This document shows, in pieces, positions 37,001 to 48,743 of a DNA stretch of 64,000 nucleotides; position 1 is the first letter of the stretch, and every line of letters begins with the position of its first letter. The stretch comes from Piedraia hortae CBS 480.64. Lineage: Eukaryota. The stretch lies in contig MU005958.1 of NCBI GenBank assembly GCA_010093745.1, forward strand, positions 372,001 through 436,000. Direction: 5' to 3'. The notes under the pieces are model-generated. The model saw only the letters and a program-made list of their open reading frames with translations, had not been told where the DNA came from and made no database searches. A program made the translations under genes and the position numbers.

Positions 37001-38842
37001 AGTGTTTGAGACGCTCAGGTGTCGCGCTACATCGCTCGAAAGTCGGCGAGTTAGAGCGTTTTCGAGGCGGCTCCCTCACGTCCAACGACACCTCACGCCA
37101 ACGTCACGTCCGACCGCTTGTGCGCTACATGGATGACTCTCGTCTCTCCGATACTGTAGGCAATTCAAATACGTCAATCCTGTTACTCTTGCGCCTCGTG
37201 AGTCCTTCAGAAGGCAGTTGGTAGAATGGCAACTCCTAATCCCCTAGCATAAGACGCGTCCGGAGCGACCATAACATTGGAACGGGCCTACTCTGGGTCT
37301 ACCATACAAACAGCCATTTCTGTAACAGAGAATAAGATTGCCAGGATGCGTAGATGCATGTAGATGTTCATATAAAGCCATCTCTGCCGGTCCATGTTGC
37401 GTACAGACGGTCTGTTCTTCTTTTCCTACTCCGTATTTCTTTAATACCGCTTCCTATCTCTTATCATCATGGACACTGCCCTTGGTGAACTGTATGCTCT
37501 GGTCGAGAATGGCATCAAGCCAAATTTCGCGGCTACCGCCAAAAAGCATCTGGTCAATCGTACAACCTTGTTCAAACGGTTCCAGGGCCTCACGGTGGAT
37601 CGAGACACCGCATTGGAGGCGCGCAGGGGCCTGTCACAGAAGCAAGAGGAGGAGCTGATCAAGTACATTAGCTTCATGTGTGATTGGTGCTTGCCTCACT
37701 CACCAGCCACGGGTCGCACCTTAACCTCAAGTTTCTCCAGTATTGCATCGCCCATAAGATTCTGGTGGCCCTTTATCTCCCCCACGCAACCCACCGTCTT
37801 CAGCCCCTGGATGTGGGTTTGTTCTTCCCTCTGGGGAACTACTACAGCCAGGGGTTAAATAGCTTCACAATTATGTCGCTGGGGCAAACAACGATGACGA
37901 AGAGGAATTTCTTTGGTATCTTTTGGCCTGCCTTTGAGAAGGCCTTCACCAAGGAGAATGTACTGTCGGTATGGAGGAAAACGGGCATCTTCCCCTTCGA
38001 TCCAGAAGTGGTCCTAAGCAAGCTGCCTGCTGCCCGACCTGTGGCAGTGCAGAGCAGTGCAGAGCTAGGCACATCCACAAGACAACTACGCTTAAAAGTG
38101 GGAATGGTCTCCCGACGGGCAGGTCCTGAAACTCGGAAGGCGCTACAGGAAATGAGCCAAAGTGCTCTGAACACAGCCGCAAGCTTGACGCTGGCGGGGC
38201 ATTGATGCTCCAATCTTGAGAGATCTTTGGCACTGGAGCGGAGGAAGAGGAAGTGCAACTCCAGATTAATGGAGCAGATTAGGGGTATGGAAGGGCATGG
38301 AGGGGCGCTGTTTGTCGTCACTGGGATCCTTCAGAAGGCTCGGGAGTTGGAGCAGCAGCAGGCAGATGCAAAGGAGCGGGAGGAACAAGAGAAAGCGCAG
38401 AGGGCACGTGAAAGGGTGGAGGCCAAGGCGTTGAAGGCTGCGGAGACGTTGCGGAAGCGACAGGAGCGACAAGCCGCTCAAGATGCCCGTATGGCAGCAA
38501 GGGCACGAAAGAAGGCTGAAGTCGCGGCGAGGAAAGCCGCCGCCCAGCACAGGGACGATGACGATGACGACGACGACTACGTTGAGGAGTGGCAACTCAG
38601 GAGGTCCACGAGGCAGGCGATCGGTAAGAACAACTAGATTTGCATCAGTAAGTAGGCAGTAAAGATATATTCCTATCCGTGTGGCGCACAAGCGGTTGAA
38701 CGTCGAGTTGGCGTGTGTTGTTGGGCGTTGGGGGAGGGGGAAAGGTCCGTCCCGCGCTCCCCCACGCGAAATCCGCCTCGAAATCGCTCAAACTCGCCGA
38801 CTTTCGAGCGATGTAGGGCGACACCTGAGCGTCTCAAACACT
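37001..38842 (+). mobile_element. pogo/Fot1-type Tc1-mariner DNA transposon, internally deleted
   Basis: 70-bp TIRs (37001-37070 and 38773-38842) with 3 mismatches, enclosing transposase remnants. Confidence 0.92.
37469..38637 (+). pseudogene. Broken pogo transposase
   Basis: HTH region (AATAKKHLVNRTTLFKRF...LSQKQEEELIKYI) jumps out of frame into HGSH...LPHATHRLQPLDVGLFFPL...WRKTGIFPFDP. Stop at 38205, then a charged tail. Confidence 0.9.
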
Positions 38843-39478
38843 TGATGTTTGATTTAGACGAAAGTCCATACCTTTGAATCTATATTCCCCTGCTTTCATG
38901 TTAGTATTCAAAGGGCTATGGCTCGAAATCTTGCGGGTTTCTAGAGCCATTAAGGGTCGAAACAAATCTGACGAGATAACAAGCAAAACAGGACATTAAC
39001 CATGCAAATTGCATACCATTCGAGTCTATACAATCCAAGCTCTCGCATGAGACCGCTCACAACTGTTTGCGACAATTTTACGTTGTGTTTGGTTGATTCA
39101 AAGCTGAAAGCGACGTTGCGAATTCGACCGCCAACTTTGAACGGACAGAACACTGCGACCAGACCTCGTGCATGCCTCAAACAAAGTGCACTAGAAACGC
39201 GAGACTTCAAATAGTACGTTCATGGGCGCAAAGTATGTGAAAGATGTTAGCTGGTGCTGTACTGGCGTCATCTCTGCAATGGTGCCATTTGACATGAATC
39301 GCAGTATACAGATCGCAGAAGGAAACATGAACATACAACACTTGAACCATACGAGTCCTTAGGGCATGCGCTTTCGAAAAAGCCGGCCTATATCTATGTA
39401 CCATGGTTGTGCGTGATGTTATTCAAGTTTGAAGTGGTGATCAAGAGTGTGCGTGCAGTGGGGAAGACTTCTAAACAT
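38843..39478. repeat. Right arm of a diverged long inverted repeat
   Basis: Reverse-complement partner of 36365-37000; homology starts immediately at the right TIR. Confidence 0.85.
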
Positions 39479-40611
39479 TGTTGGTGGGCAAGCAATTATG
39501 CTCATTCGGAGATGCCCACGGAATAGCGGGATAGCTCGGCGTCATCACACGTTGTGGCATGTTTAAAGAGGTGTCACTTGTGAAGATCTTGCATGTCCAA
39601 GAACTTGTTGCTCTCACCGCAGCCGACTTGTGAACATTCTGCGACATTTCGGCCCATATGGTCCGGTGTTTTGCCAAGGGATGGTACGGGCTCTTGCAGA
39701 AGTAGTTGAGAAGCCACTATGAACGTGCGTTCGTGCAAGATTAGATGTGTACGCAACATAGTCTGTGCCAAAGCAAAAGCGGTGTTCCGTCATTTAGCCA
39801 TCACAGCATTGCTCTTATGGAAACTCAAGCAAAACCTTGATTGCTTTCGAGGCCATTGTGTTCCGAACAAGAAATGGATACAAGGGCTAGGGAAGTACAA
39901 TGCGAAGTACCTGGGCGTGCAGCTAGGAAAGCGAAGCTCTTCAGGGGCATCCTCCGTGGTGAGATGCATCCCGTCTGAAGGGCTGTGCTGTTGTTGCCGG
40001 CGGTGGCTTGGAGCCCCACATTTCAGTGATCTTCTGACAGTTTAGAACAACACTATCGGGTTCGCTAAGATTTGCTTAGGCATCCCCCACTTCCATCGCA
40101 TAACCAACCATATTATAACGCCATATCATGTGCCGTGATAATACTGATATTATTGGGTCCGACAACTACAATGGCATCAGCACGATGTGATGAAAAAAAT
40201 CTAACCCGCCACCGATTATGCAGCCTCAAATGTGGGGCTCTAGACTTGCAGTCTCGCAAACGTCGTGCTGCGGCCGTGGCACAATTAGTTGGCTCTCGTT
40301 TTTCCTCAGTGAGCCCAGGAAGGCGGATGCGCGTGTGACGAACGCTCAGGGACAGGCGATCGGCCCCGCTAATGTTGCGTTGGGGCCAGAAACGACCTCG
40401 TCATCTTGGTGGCGTTAGCGCAAGTTCCCAACACTGAATTTTTTCATAATTATGGCGAGAGAGTAGCAGGACAGCTCTCGCGCTTTGTCTCACCACCTTT
40501 GGCTTCATCTCTCCTATATAGCTCAGGACTACGCTCCATCAGCTACCCTTTCCTAACTCACTATCTCTTCAACTGCCTCGAGCATTTTCCATCCGAACAT
40601 CACCACTGACT

Positions 40612-40851
40612 ATGGAGTGCTTCCATGACTTTTGTCTTGCCTGCGACAAGGAGTCCAGTGGCCCATACTGTTCTCAGGCCTGTCGGCTTGCCGATCAAGA
40701 CAAGGGCTCTGCGCCTTCTTCACCCTCTACAAACAAGCATCCTCCGCTTAACTTTGCCTTCGACCATGGACTTTCACCACAGGCTCGCGAAGAGTTACAA
40801 CACTATTCACATTCCCTACAGTCAGGCCGACCGAAGCGTCAATCCCGATGA
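40612..40851 (+). CDS. ECL1: Ecl1-family life-span regulatory small protein (79 aa)
   Basis: FCLACDK...YCSQACRLAD four-Cys motif and LSPQAREELQHY helix; TATA-like TATATA at about 40515. Confidence 0.85.
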   Translation: MECFHDFCLACDKESSGPYCSQACRLADQDKGSAPSSPSTNKHPPLNFAFDHGLSPQAREELQHYSHSLQSGRPKRQSR

Positions 40852-41403
40852 TGTGAAGAATAAGATGTTCATGCAAATTGGTGTGAATGACAAGAAGATG
40901 AAAGTACAGTATAAGAGGAAAATACATGGTGTTGTAAAGGTTAGAAAAAGCACTCAGATGAGAAAAATATTCAAACAGCAGCCTAAGATTTCTGATGGAG
41001 CAGATTTGGTGTGGCAAGGCCAATAGAATTCACCGAGTTGAGCAACGTATGGATATGCGTGTCGCAGTACCGTTGAGCTTGAGCTGGCTGGCTCGTTGAC
41101 GTGCAGCCGGCTTATCTTAGTAGAGCACCCAGTGCAGGCTCAGCCCCACTTCAAGATGACGCCATCTCCGGCAGGCTTGTCCCAATCATCGAAGCGATGA
41201 AGATCAAACCCAATGTGAAGAATGAACTATAGACGCCACCAATCATAGGTCGGTCTCCAAGCATGTGGCTGTGCAGATCATTGCAGGGTAATCATGACGA
41301 AGAGTTTAGCGGCTTGTGACGTGACAGATGGGTTTTGGTAGGTCCGAGCCGGTGGGAGCCCCGCAATTCTTTGATGCGCTGCACCCCGCTCCAGTACGTC
41401 GCC

Positions 41404-42371
41404 ATGGCTCGACGATACGTTGACGTAAGTGTGTCTCGAGGAGCACGATCATGCAGTTCTAATTGTTGCAGATTGGAATTAATCTCTCCGACAACGTCTT
41501 CCGCGGCGTGTACCATGGCAAGCAGCGCCATGCCGACGATCTGGACCATGTTGTTAGCCGCGCACGCGGGATCGGGGTGCAGAAAATGCTAGTCACGGGA
41601 TCCGACGTGGCGGAGAGTGCGAGAGCCGTGGACGTAGCACGTGCCTATCCCGGGCTTTGCTATGCGACTGTAGGTATCCATCCATGTTCTGCGCGCGCGC
41701 TAGCCGACCACCCCCACGGCACAGACGCCTTGATTGCGGATCTACGGAAGTTGGCACAGCAAGCGCGCGATGACGGCACGGCTAAGGCTTTTGGCGAGAT
41801 CGGTTTGGATTACGACCGTCTGCCTCTGTGTGACGCCGGAACTCAGCGTGATGCCTTTGCCCGCCAGCTCGACCTTGCTGTCGATCTCGGTATGCCCTTG
41901 TTCTTGCACTCGCGCGCCGCTGCCGATGACTTCGAGCGAATCCTGCGCCCTCGTCTGACCCGATTGCCTCAAGGCGGCGTAGTACACTCTTTCACCGGAA
42001 CCTCTGATGAGATGCACCGCATCCTCGACATGGGCCTTGACCTTGGCGTCAATGGCTGTTCTCTTAAAACGGACGAGAACGTAGCCGTGGTGCGTGAAAT
42101 TCCCATTGATCGGCTGCACATCGAAACGGACGGACCCTGGTGTGAAATGCGGCCTTCGCACGCTAGCGCTGCTTTTCTTCAAGATGCCCCTCGCAACCCA
42201 CCTTCAGTAAAGAAAGAGTCGTGGCGGGCTGATCGCATGGTCAAAGGCCGCAACGAGCCATGTACTATTTCCCGCGTTGCTTGGGCCGTTGCCAAAATCA
42301 AGGCAGTCGATGTCGACGAGTTATGTGAACGTGTCTGGTCGAATTCTACTCGAATGTTTGACCTGGGTTAG
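41404..42371 (+). CDS. TatD family deoxyribonuclease (TATDN1-like)
   Basis: MARRYVD/IGINL (intron 41425-41471), TVGIHP, GEIGLDYDR, LFLHSR, VVHSFTG, ETDGPW and GRNEP motifs. Confidence 0.95.
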
Positions 42372-42512
42372 TGATTCTCCGCAGTGGGTCCAACCGTGAA
42401 TTATATAGGTGGTCCTCGGGACCGATCTATAAGCATGCCGTTCAGATGACACCAACAGTCCAGGATGTTATTCTAGACGGATATTGATTGATAAGGAGCA
42501 GTACATACTTGC

Positions 42513-43775
42513 TTATCTTTCCACATTCTCGTTGATCATCTTTATAATGTCACTCGCATCCGAGTGTGGAATGCCCGTGCCTTTTTCCCACGACAACTCC
42601 ATCGAGTATACTGTGGCAATTTTGAGGTCTTTTACAGAGATACTGTAGGTGCGTACTAAATCGGTTCTCCAGAAGATCTTTGCAAATGGCGCAGCCATTT
42701 TGATATTCCCGTCTGGAAGGCATGGGCATGGTTCGACACATTAACTCATGGTAAATGTCGGTGTTCGCCAGCCCTTTATACCGCTAAATGTATCGAATTG
42801 TGTGGTTATTCGGTTTACTTTGGCAGAAATACACTGAAGTCTTTAACCGACAGTTTGAGCTCTCCATTCCTTGTATATGCACATGATGGCTTACGTATGT
42901 TGCATATGGTTATTCATTTGGTAGACAAGGAAACAGATGGTGCTGTCTACAGGCTAGCATTGACCACTCCCTTGTTTTCAATTTCCGTGGTAACACCAAT
43001 CGATCTCATAGCGCATTTCGTCTTAAGATATGCTTCGTTTAATAGCACGATAGTATTGCTGAAGGTGTTTCGAAGGTTCTTTCATATTACTCTACAGAGT
43101 TGCTCCGGACGGCTAAGATCCTCAGGGTAATTATATTTTACGATGCTCCCAAACACTAAGCTGCATCCATCCATCTTTCTTCCTCCGTGTGTATCTGGTG
43201 GGTTTACATGTCAGTCCTATGTGAAGTAATATATAGTGTCTGGTCCACTTAGACTCGCGAAATACTTCTTACATATATCGTGAGTTCTTAGCCCGGTTTC
43301 TGTCGTTGGTTAGGTCTCTCTGCCTTTTGAAATTAGTTCAATAATTTGTACCTTGGCCTAGTGGTGGACATATTTTGCGGACGCGTCTCTCATTGTTCTC
43401 ATATATGGGCCTCGTTTCCGCGACCGCCGAGCATGCTCACGTTTAGGGCCACAGTTTCACTGTGTTTGAGTTACATCCAACTAACGCGAGCCGTCGGATC
43501 TTTCTATCGGTCCATCTGTGTTCAGTCACCGGGTAGTGGGGATTTGTTTGTGGGATTCCCCACGTTTCGGACAGATGTGTGCTCAAGGCTTGGCATTCAA
43601 CACCCTGGAAATTTTCTCGTCTGGACCAAAAATCATCATGCGCCTCATTAAGTAATTTCTCAATGTGTTCACAAGGGGTTTTTCCAAGAGTAGCTTTCTC
43701 CCAGCGAAGATTTAGGGAAGAAGAAAATGTATGATCCACAACAGATAGTTCAATGACCTACCATGGTGTTGACAT
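42513..43775 (-). pseudogene. Possible decayed lineage-specific gene (weak F-box-like N-terminus)
   Basis: AT-rich broken frames. MSTPW*VIELSVVDH...SLNLR loosely recalls the F-box pattern LPxExxxxI...LxxL. Confidence 0.2.
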
Positions 43776-44901
43776 GTACGCTAAATGCAGGTAAAATAGC
43801 TCAAGTTCGAAAGCTGCTGGGTGCATGCCATAGCAACCGAAACCTTTTCACATAAAGTAGAACCCCGGACATCACTGTTTACTGCTGTACGTGGAGGCTT
43901 GGTTCGTAGCAGCAACCATGATTACATAGTAGGATTAGAGCAGCACCCTCCTCTTAGCACCACACTATTATGGAAGAATGGGAGTCCTACAGGCGCTGGC
44001 TAGGGTATCGAATCACATCTCTATATAAATGAATCTAAGCTTTAGATATGGACCTACCCCCCCTTACCTGGGCATGTATGCGCATAGGCCCAAAGCCGCA
44101 CAGGACTTACGGTGATTATAAAAAATCAACTTAAAGTGCTGTCTGCTTTCATTGTAAGTGTACAAGTCCTATGTTCATAGCGGGCTTCGTGAGCAAAAGG
44201 TCCACTCCCTAAACTAGATTAATAAGAAAGATTGCCTCCTCTACCCCCATGCTCCGCTCTTCATTGTTTGATCGTCCTCATGTACCATCTCGAACGAAAA
44301 TCTAAAAAGCAGAGAGAAAAACCCGAAACTCTTATTTCAAGTCAGTGTTCCCAAACAGGAAGACCCCTATTCACCGAAGGCTCAAGTACCACCATTGATC
44401 ACCACAGATGGGCCCAGCCACATCGAAGCTCTCGTTATGTAACAAATACCGGCGGCACGAATATGAGCCCGATCAAATAAACCACCGCACACATCCTAGC
44501 TAGTGCCTGGAGAGATACAATAAATCTGCCTGTTTGATCATATACGGTCGATCCTAGGCATAGCATATCGATATGGCACGATTTTGCAATCCTCTTTGTT
44601 TAGGTGCCCACGGGTGTATGGAAGCCCCCAAGACAGCGATATTTTTTTTTCTTGGGAAGAAAGGGCAGGGGGGATGGGGAGGGACGGTGTTTTGGGTTTG
44701 AACAGGTGCAAGAAAATGCTGCGTAAAGTTGCACTGATACATATGACAGGGCATTTTCATATTCATTCGCAAATTATCCAGTTAGCTTAGAAAGTCAAGC
44801 TTATATATACGACTCCTTTCCCCCATGACAGCGTGTACAAATGCAGGTGGACCAAAAAGAACGTAAGTTTTCTCAGGACGGGGCGAAAAACGAATGAGAG
44901 A

Positions 44902-46262
44902 TCATGCATTACCGGGCTTTTCCTCCGTGTCAATGTGCCAGACTACATAGTTTGGCAAGCCGTAGACGCCATAGCCGGCTCGTCGAGCCATCTTGGCGAA
45001 TCCTTCCGTCTCCGCCTGGTTTTCAAAGGCGTAGCAGGGGAAGTTGATCCCTGGGCGAGGTCAGTCTAATATGTTAATTGTGACATGGGGAGACTTACCA
45101 GATCGGTGTACATCTGCTTTGACGAGAATGTTAACGCCTCCGATGCCGTCGAGAGGAATTTCAAAGTCCTTATTATCTCTCCAGTCGCCCATTCGCGCCA
45201 TGTACGTTCGATCTGTTTTGTATTCCTTGTAGCCTGCGATCTCTTAGATTGTCTTTTGGCGGTCAACGATTGAGCGGAAACTCACCTTCCGCCAACACAA
45301 CATCGCGGTCCAGCGACGCCGCCAGTTTCCGGCCCGTTTCGGACTCCTGCCAGGAGTTGTAATCAAAGCGGCCCTCAATGTCACGGCCATCCTGCATGCG
45401 GTGGAACCAGACATCTGCAACTTGGTAAGTGATTGACAAAGAGTAGGCTGGCAGGACACTTACTGGGCACCAGTATATCCCGATCGTGCGCAATAAAATC
45501 CTCAATGATAGACTTTGGACTCTCCACGATGTCCACGTCCCGCCAATACACCCAGCTATGGTCGGGCTTCAGAGCTGAATATAGTAGGTAGTTCCGCGCG
45601 CGACCCATGGCTTTTCTCCGCGGGCCCTGCGCGGCGAATCCATGCCTGTCCTCGACATCCTGCCCGAGCGTTACGCCAAAGTCTTTCTCGACAACGGTGG
45701 CGCTGCGGAAGGCCAGCCTTTCGGAGCCTGTCTGCACGCGCTCCAGCTCACTGACCAGCGTAGCCATTGTGTCGTCGGAGGAGTCGCCGACCAGAAAGGC
45801 GAGGTCTATGAGGTGATGCGGATAGGTGAGTTGGGCAAGGAGGTCAAAGTGCTGGGCAAGGTAGGGCGCAGCGTCGCGGAGGGGCGTCAGGATAAGGATT
45901 CGCTCCTCATTTTGCACGGCGCGCGTGGTGGACTGGACGGGATTGAGATCTAAATGGTGGATGCTGGTGTTGTTGACCTCTATGGGCGCATGATGATTGA
46001 AGATGACGGGTGTCTGGAGGTGGCCAGCCCAGCGCGCCTGTTCGTTGACGCTCATTTCCATGGGCGACTTGGCCGGACCAAAGCAGTAGAAGCGCTGCAT
46101 CTCGCCCGCAGTGCCGCTGAAGCCGTTCCATAGCAGCAGCGTGATGCTGGCGGCGGCGAGCGCAAGCAGGACGCGCGTCTGAGTGAGGAACCGCCAAACG
46201 GTGCGGGGCGGAACGCGAGCGCCAGCAGCCTTCCAGCTGACGCCGCCCTTGGGGAGGAGCAT
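44902..46262 (-). CDS. ANP1: Mannan polymerase subunit, Anp1/Van1/Mnn9 (GT62) family
   Basis: Type II TM, ILILTPLRDA, WVYWRDVD, LDGIGGVNILVKADVHR and ETEGFAKMA. Introns 45415-45463, 45234-45285 and 45051-45098. Confidence 0.9.
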
Positions 46263-46604
46263 GTGCGGTGCGCTTGGCGCTTGGGCGTGGTGCGGTTGGG
46301 AAGAATCCGGGAAAGTGCGGGAGAGCGTTTGCAGATGGGCTATGTCAAGCCGTTCATGAATGCGTATAATATACGAATACTCAGCCACTACTTGATAGTT
46401 ACACTCTAAGCCATATTACAATCACGCAGCTGATTCAATATCCTCACAGCCGTTCTAATACATGCTATGCACTCTACCTAATTCAAACGCTCCTCCCAAT
46501 GCCATAATATCCTCCTCTAACCTCTTATTTCACAACGTCCTCTGTAAAAACAGAGTCATATTCGCCCTCGCAACGCAAAATCACTCAATATCACGCACCG
46601 CAAA

Positions 46605-48743
46605 TCACCTTCTAGCATGGCGAGCCACATTGCGCTGCCAAATCTGCATTCGCTGGTACTGACGGCACCGGCGCCAATCACTGGAGTGCGGACCCCCAGG
46701 GTGTGTGGTACATGATTTAGACTTACCCTCGTGGCTGCACATTCTCTCATATCGTCCACCATCCAGCATGCTGCCGGTGAGTGGACTTTGCTTGGCAAAC
46801 CGATTAGCCAGAACCTTCATCCGCTGGTGATAGGCTTCCACTGTGTCCGTCTCAAGAGCCTCGAGGTAGTGCTTATGCAAAAAGTATACGGCAAATCCGG
46901 CAGTTGCCTTTTGAATATCAATCTTCAGCCCCGTCACACCCGCTGAATTGCCATTGCCCGAAGTTTGTGGTCGACCTGAGCTCCAGTGAGCATAGAATGC
47001 CAACGCATCTTCGGAATCGATCACTACGGAGCCTTGCTCTTGGCGATCACGCTTTGCCTTTGTGTTCTTGTGATACCGTCCAGAGCACGAAGCATCGTCG
47101 CTCGCGCTTGCGCCTGGTGTGGCCAAATGGTCCGAAGGAGGACCATGGGATGACGAAAGGCAGCGAGTTAGCGCAGGTGAAGTACCTTCCGGTGCAAGAG
47201 TAATATCATGTGCTCGAGGAAGGAAGTCTTTCAAGCCCAACGCATCAATCCCCGGTAGCTGAACCCTGTGGCTGATAGCTTATTAGTTACATCCATGCAA
47301 GCCATGGTAGCCCGTACTAGTCTGACATTCTTTCTGCAATGAGTGCTGGATGTCCGTCGCAAAGTCGATCCGCAAACAGACATCGAGAGCGGGGGCCAAA
47401 GCATTAAGTGAGGCAAACCTTTGCGGCCGCTGATGACCAACCAAATCGGCATGGGATCGAAGCGCGATGGATGTGCATTACAGCACCAACAACAGGAGCA
47501 TACCTGCCGGCTCATTCCGTTGGAAGCAAGGAGTGCGGAAAGACGGCCTGCAAGGGATGAAATTGCGAAGCCGCATTTGATGGCGGATTTGCCCAACCAG
47601 ACTTGTAGGATGTATGCCAGTCATGCCACCATAGTCATCATATAAGCAGTTTTTAAGCCCTAGGAGTGACCCTGGAAATTAGGACATACACCTGTCCCCG
47701 ACGTTTCATGTAGGTAACTCACGCTATGGTGGCCCCAGCTTACAACCCACCAGTGTAACATTTGATCTGGCTTATCAAGGAGCGAATAGCCCATAAATTA
47801 CGAATTTTTCCGCGTTGTTTACGTAATCTTAGGGGATTATCATCATCTCATCTCAAGGTTAGGCCTAAAATAGACTGACGTATGTCTAAGCATGACTTAG
47901 CGTCTTCCTAAAAGGGTTTAGTCTTTTACTAAACAAGCCTAGTGCCTTGTAACATTTGACTGGGTTCTCATACAACTTCAAACCCATAAGACTCATTCAA
48001 CTCGCGTCCCCAGGGCTTAAGCTTACTACATGACGTTTGGAACCACTGTATCTACATCGTCTAGTAAACTTGAGAGTATACGGGTTTGTTTGGGTGTGGA
48101 GAATCGATTTGAAATTCGTCGCGTGGGGTTAGTGGGTTAAAAGCTGACCACCATAATGGTGTGTGAGTTCCAGCAAGGGCAAGCAACGAATTCGTGAACC
48201 AGATTTCATCGGCCGTCACTGTTTCTGTGCAACATCAGATACGCGAGTAGCTGTTGAAACTTCCAGTCAAGGATACATGCATAAAAGCGTGCCGCAACCA
48301 TGCCGACAAGTCTGGAGGCCTCTCGGCGCTTTCCGTGCGCCGTGTTACACCTTCGACAGTTCTGTGGTCATCAGAAACCAAGCAAGGAATGCTTCCCGCG
48401 TAGGCTTGACGTTTTTATCAAATATCTCCCTGGCTTGTGGGTTCCTCTCTTTCATGCACAATCCGAGCATGAGATTGACCGACCGGGTTCTCGATCCTTT
48501 GCATAGATGCAGCTGACACTGCATACCTGTGGCAGTCCCAAACGGAGCCCGCTTCTGCCTCCCAAGTTCAGACAGAGTCCCCTGAATGTTCAAAATCATC
48601 AGAGTCAGCTTTCCAACGTTCACATCTGCCAAGCAAAATTTGGCCTTTACGCATGTAACATGCAGTAAAGAAGAAAAAAGTCCTGAGGAAATCCCAGCCG
48701 GATAATCTGTCTCATATATGTTGACTGTGTGCTGGCACACCAA
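46605..48743 (-). pseudogene. Possible degenerate tyrosine-recombinase (DUF3435/Crypton-like) remnant
   Basis: Broken frames TREAFLAWFL, spliced DYHRVQL...FLPRAHDI (intron-like 47272-47317) and NTKAKRD occur in the order expected for a YR. Pattern recall only. Confidence 0.3.
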
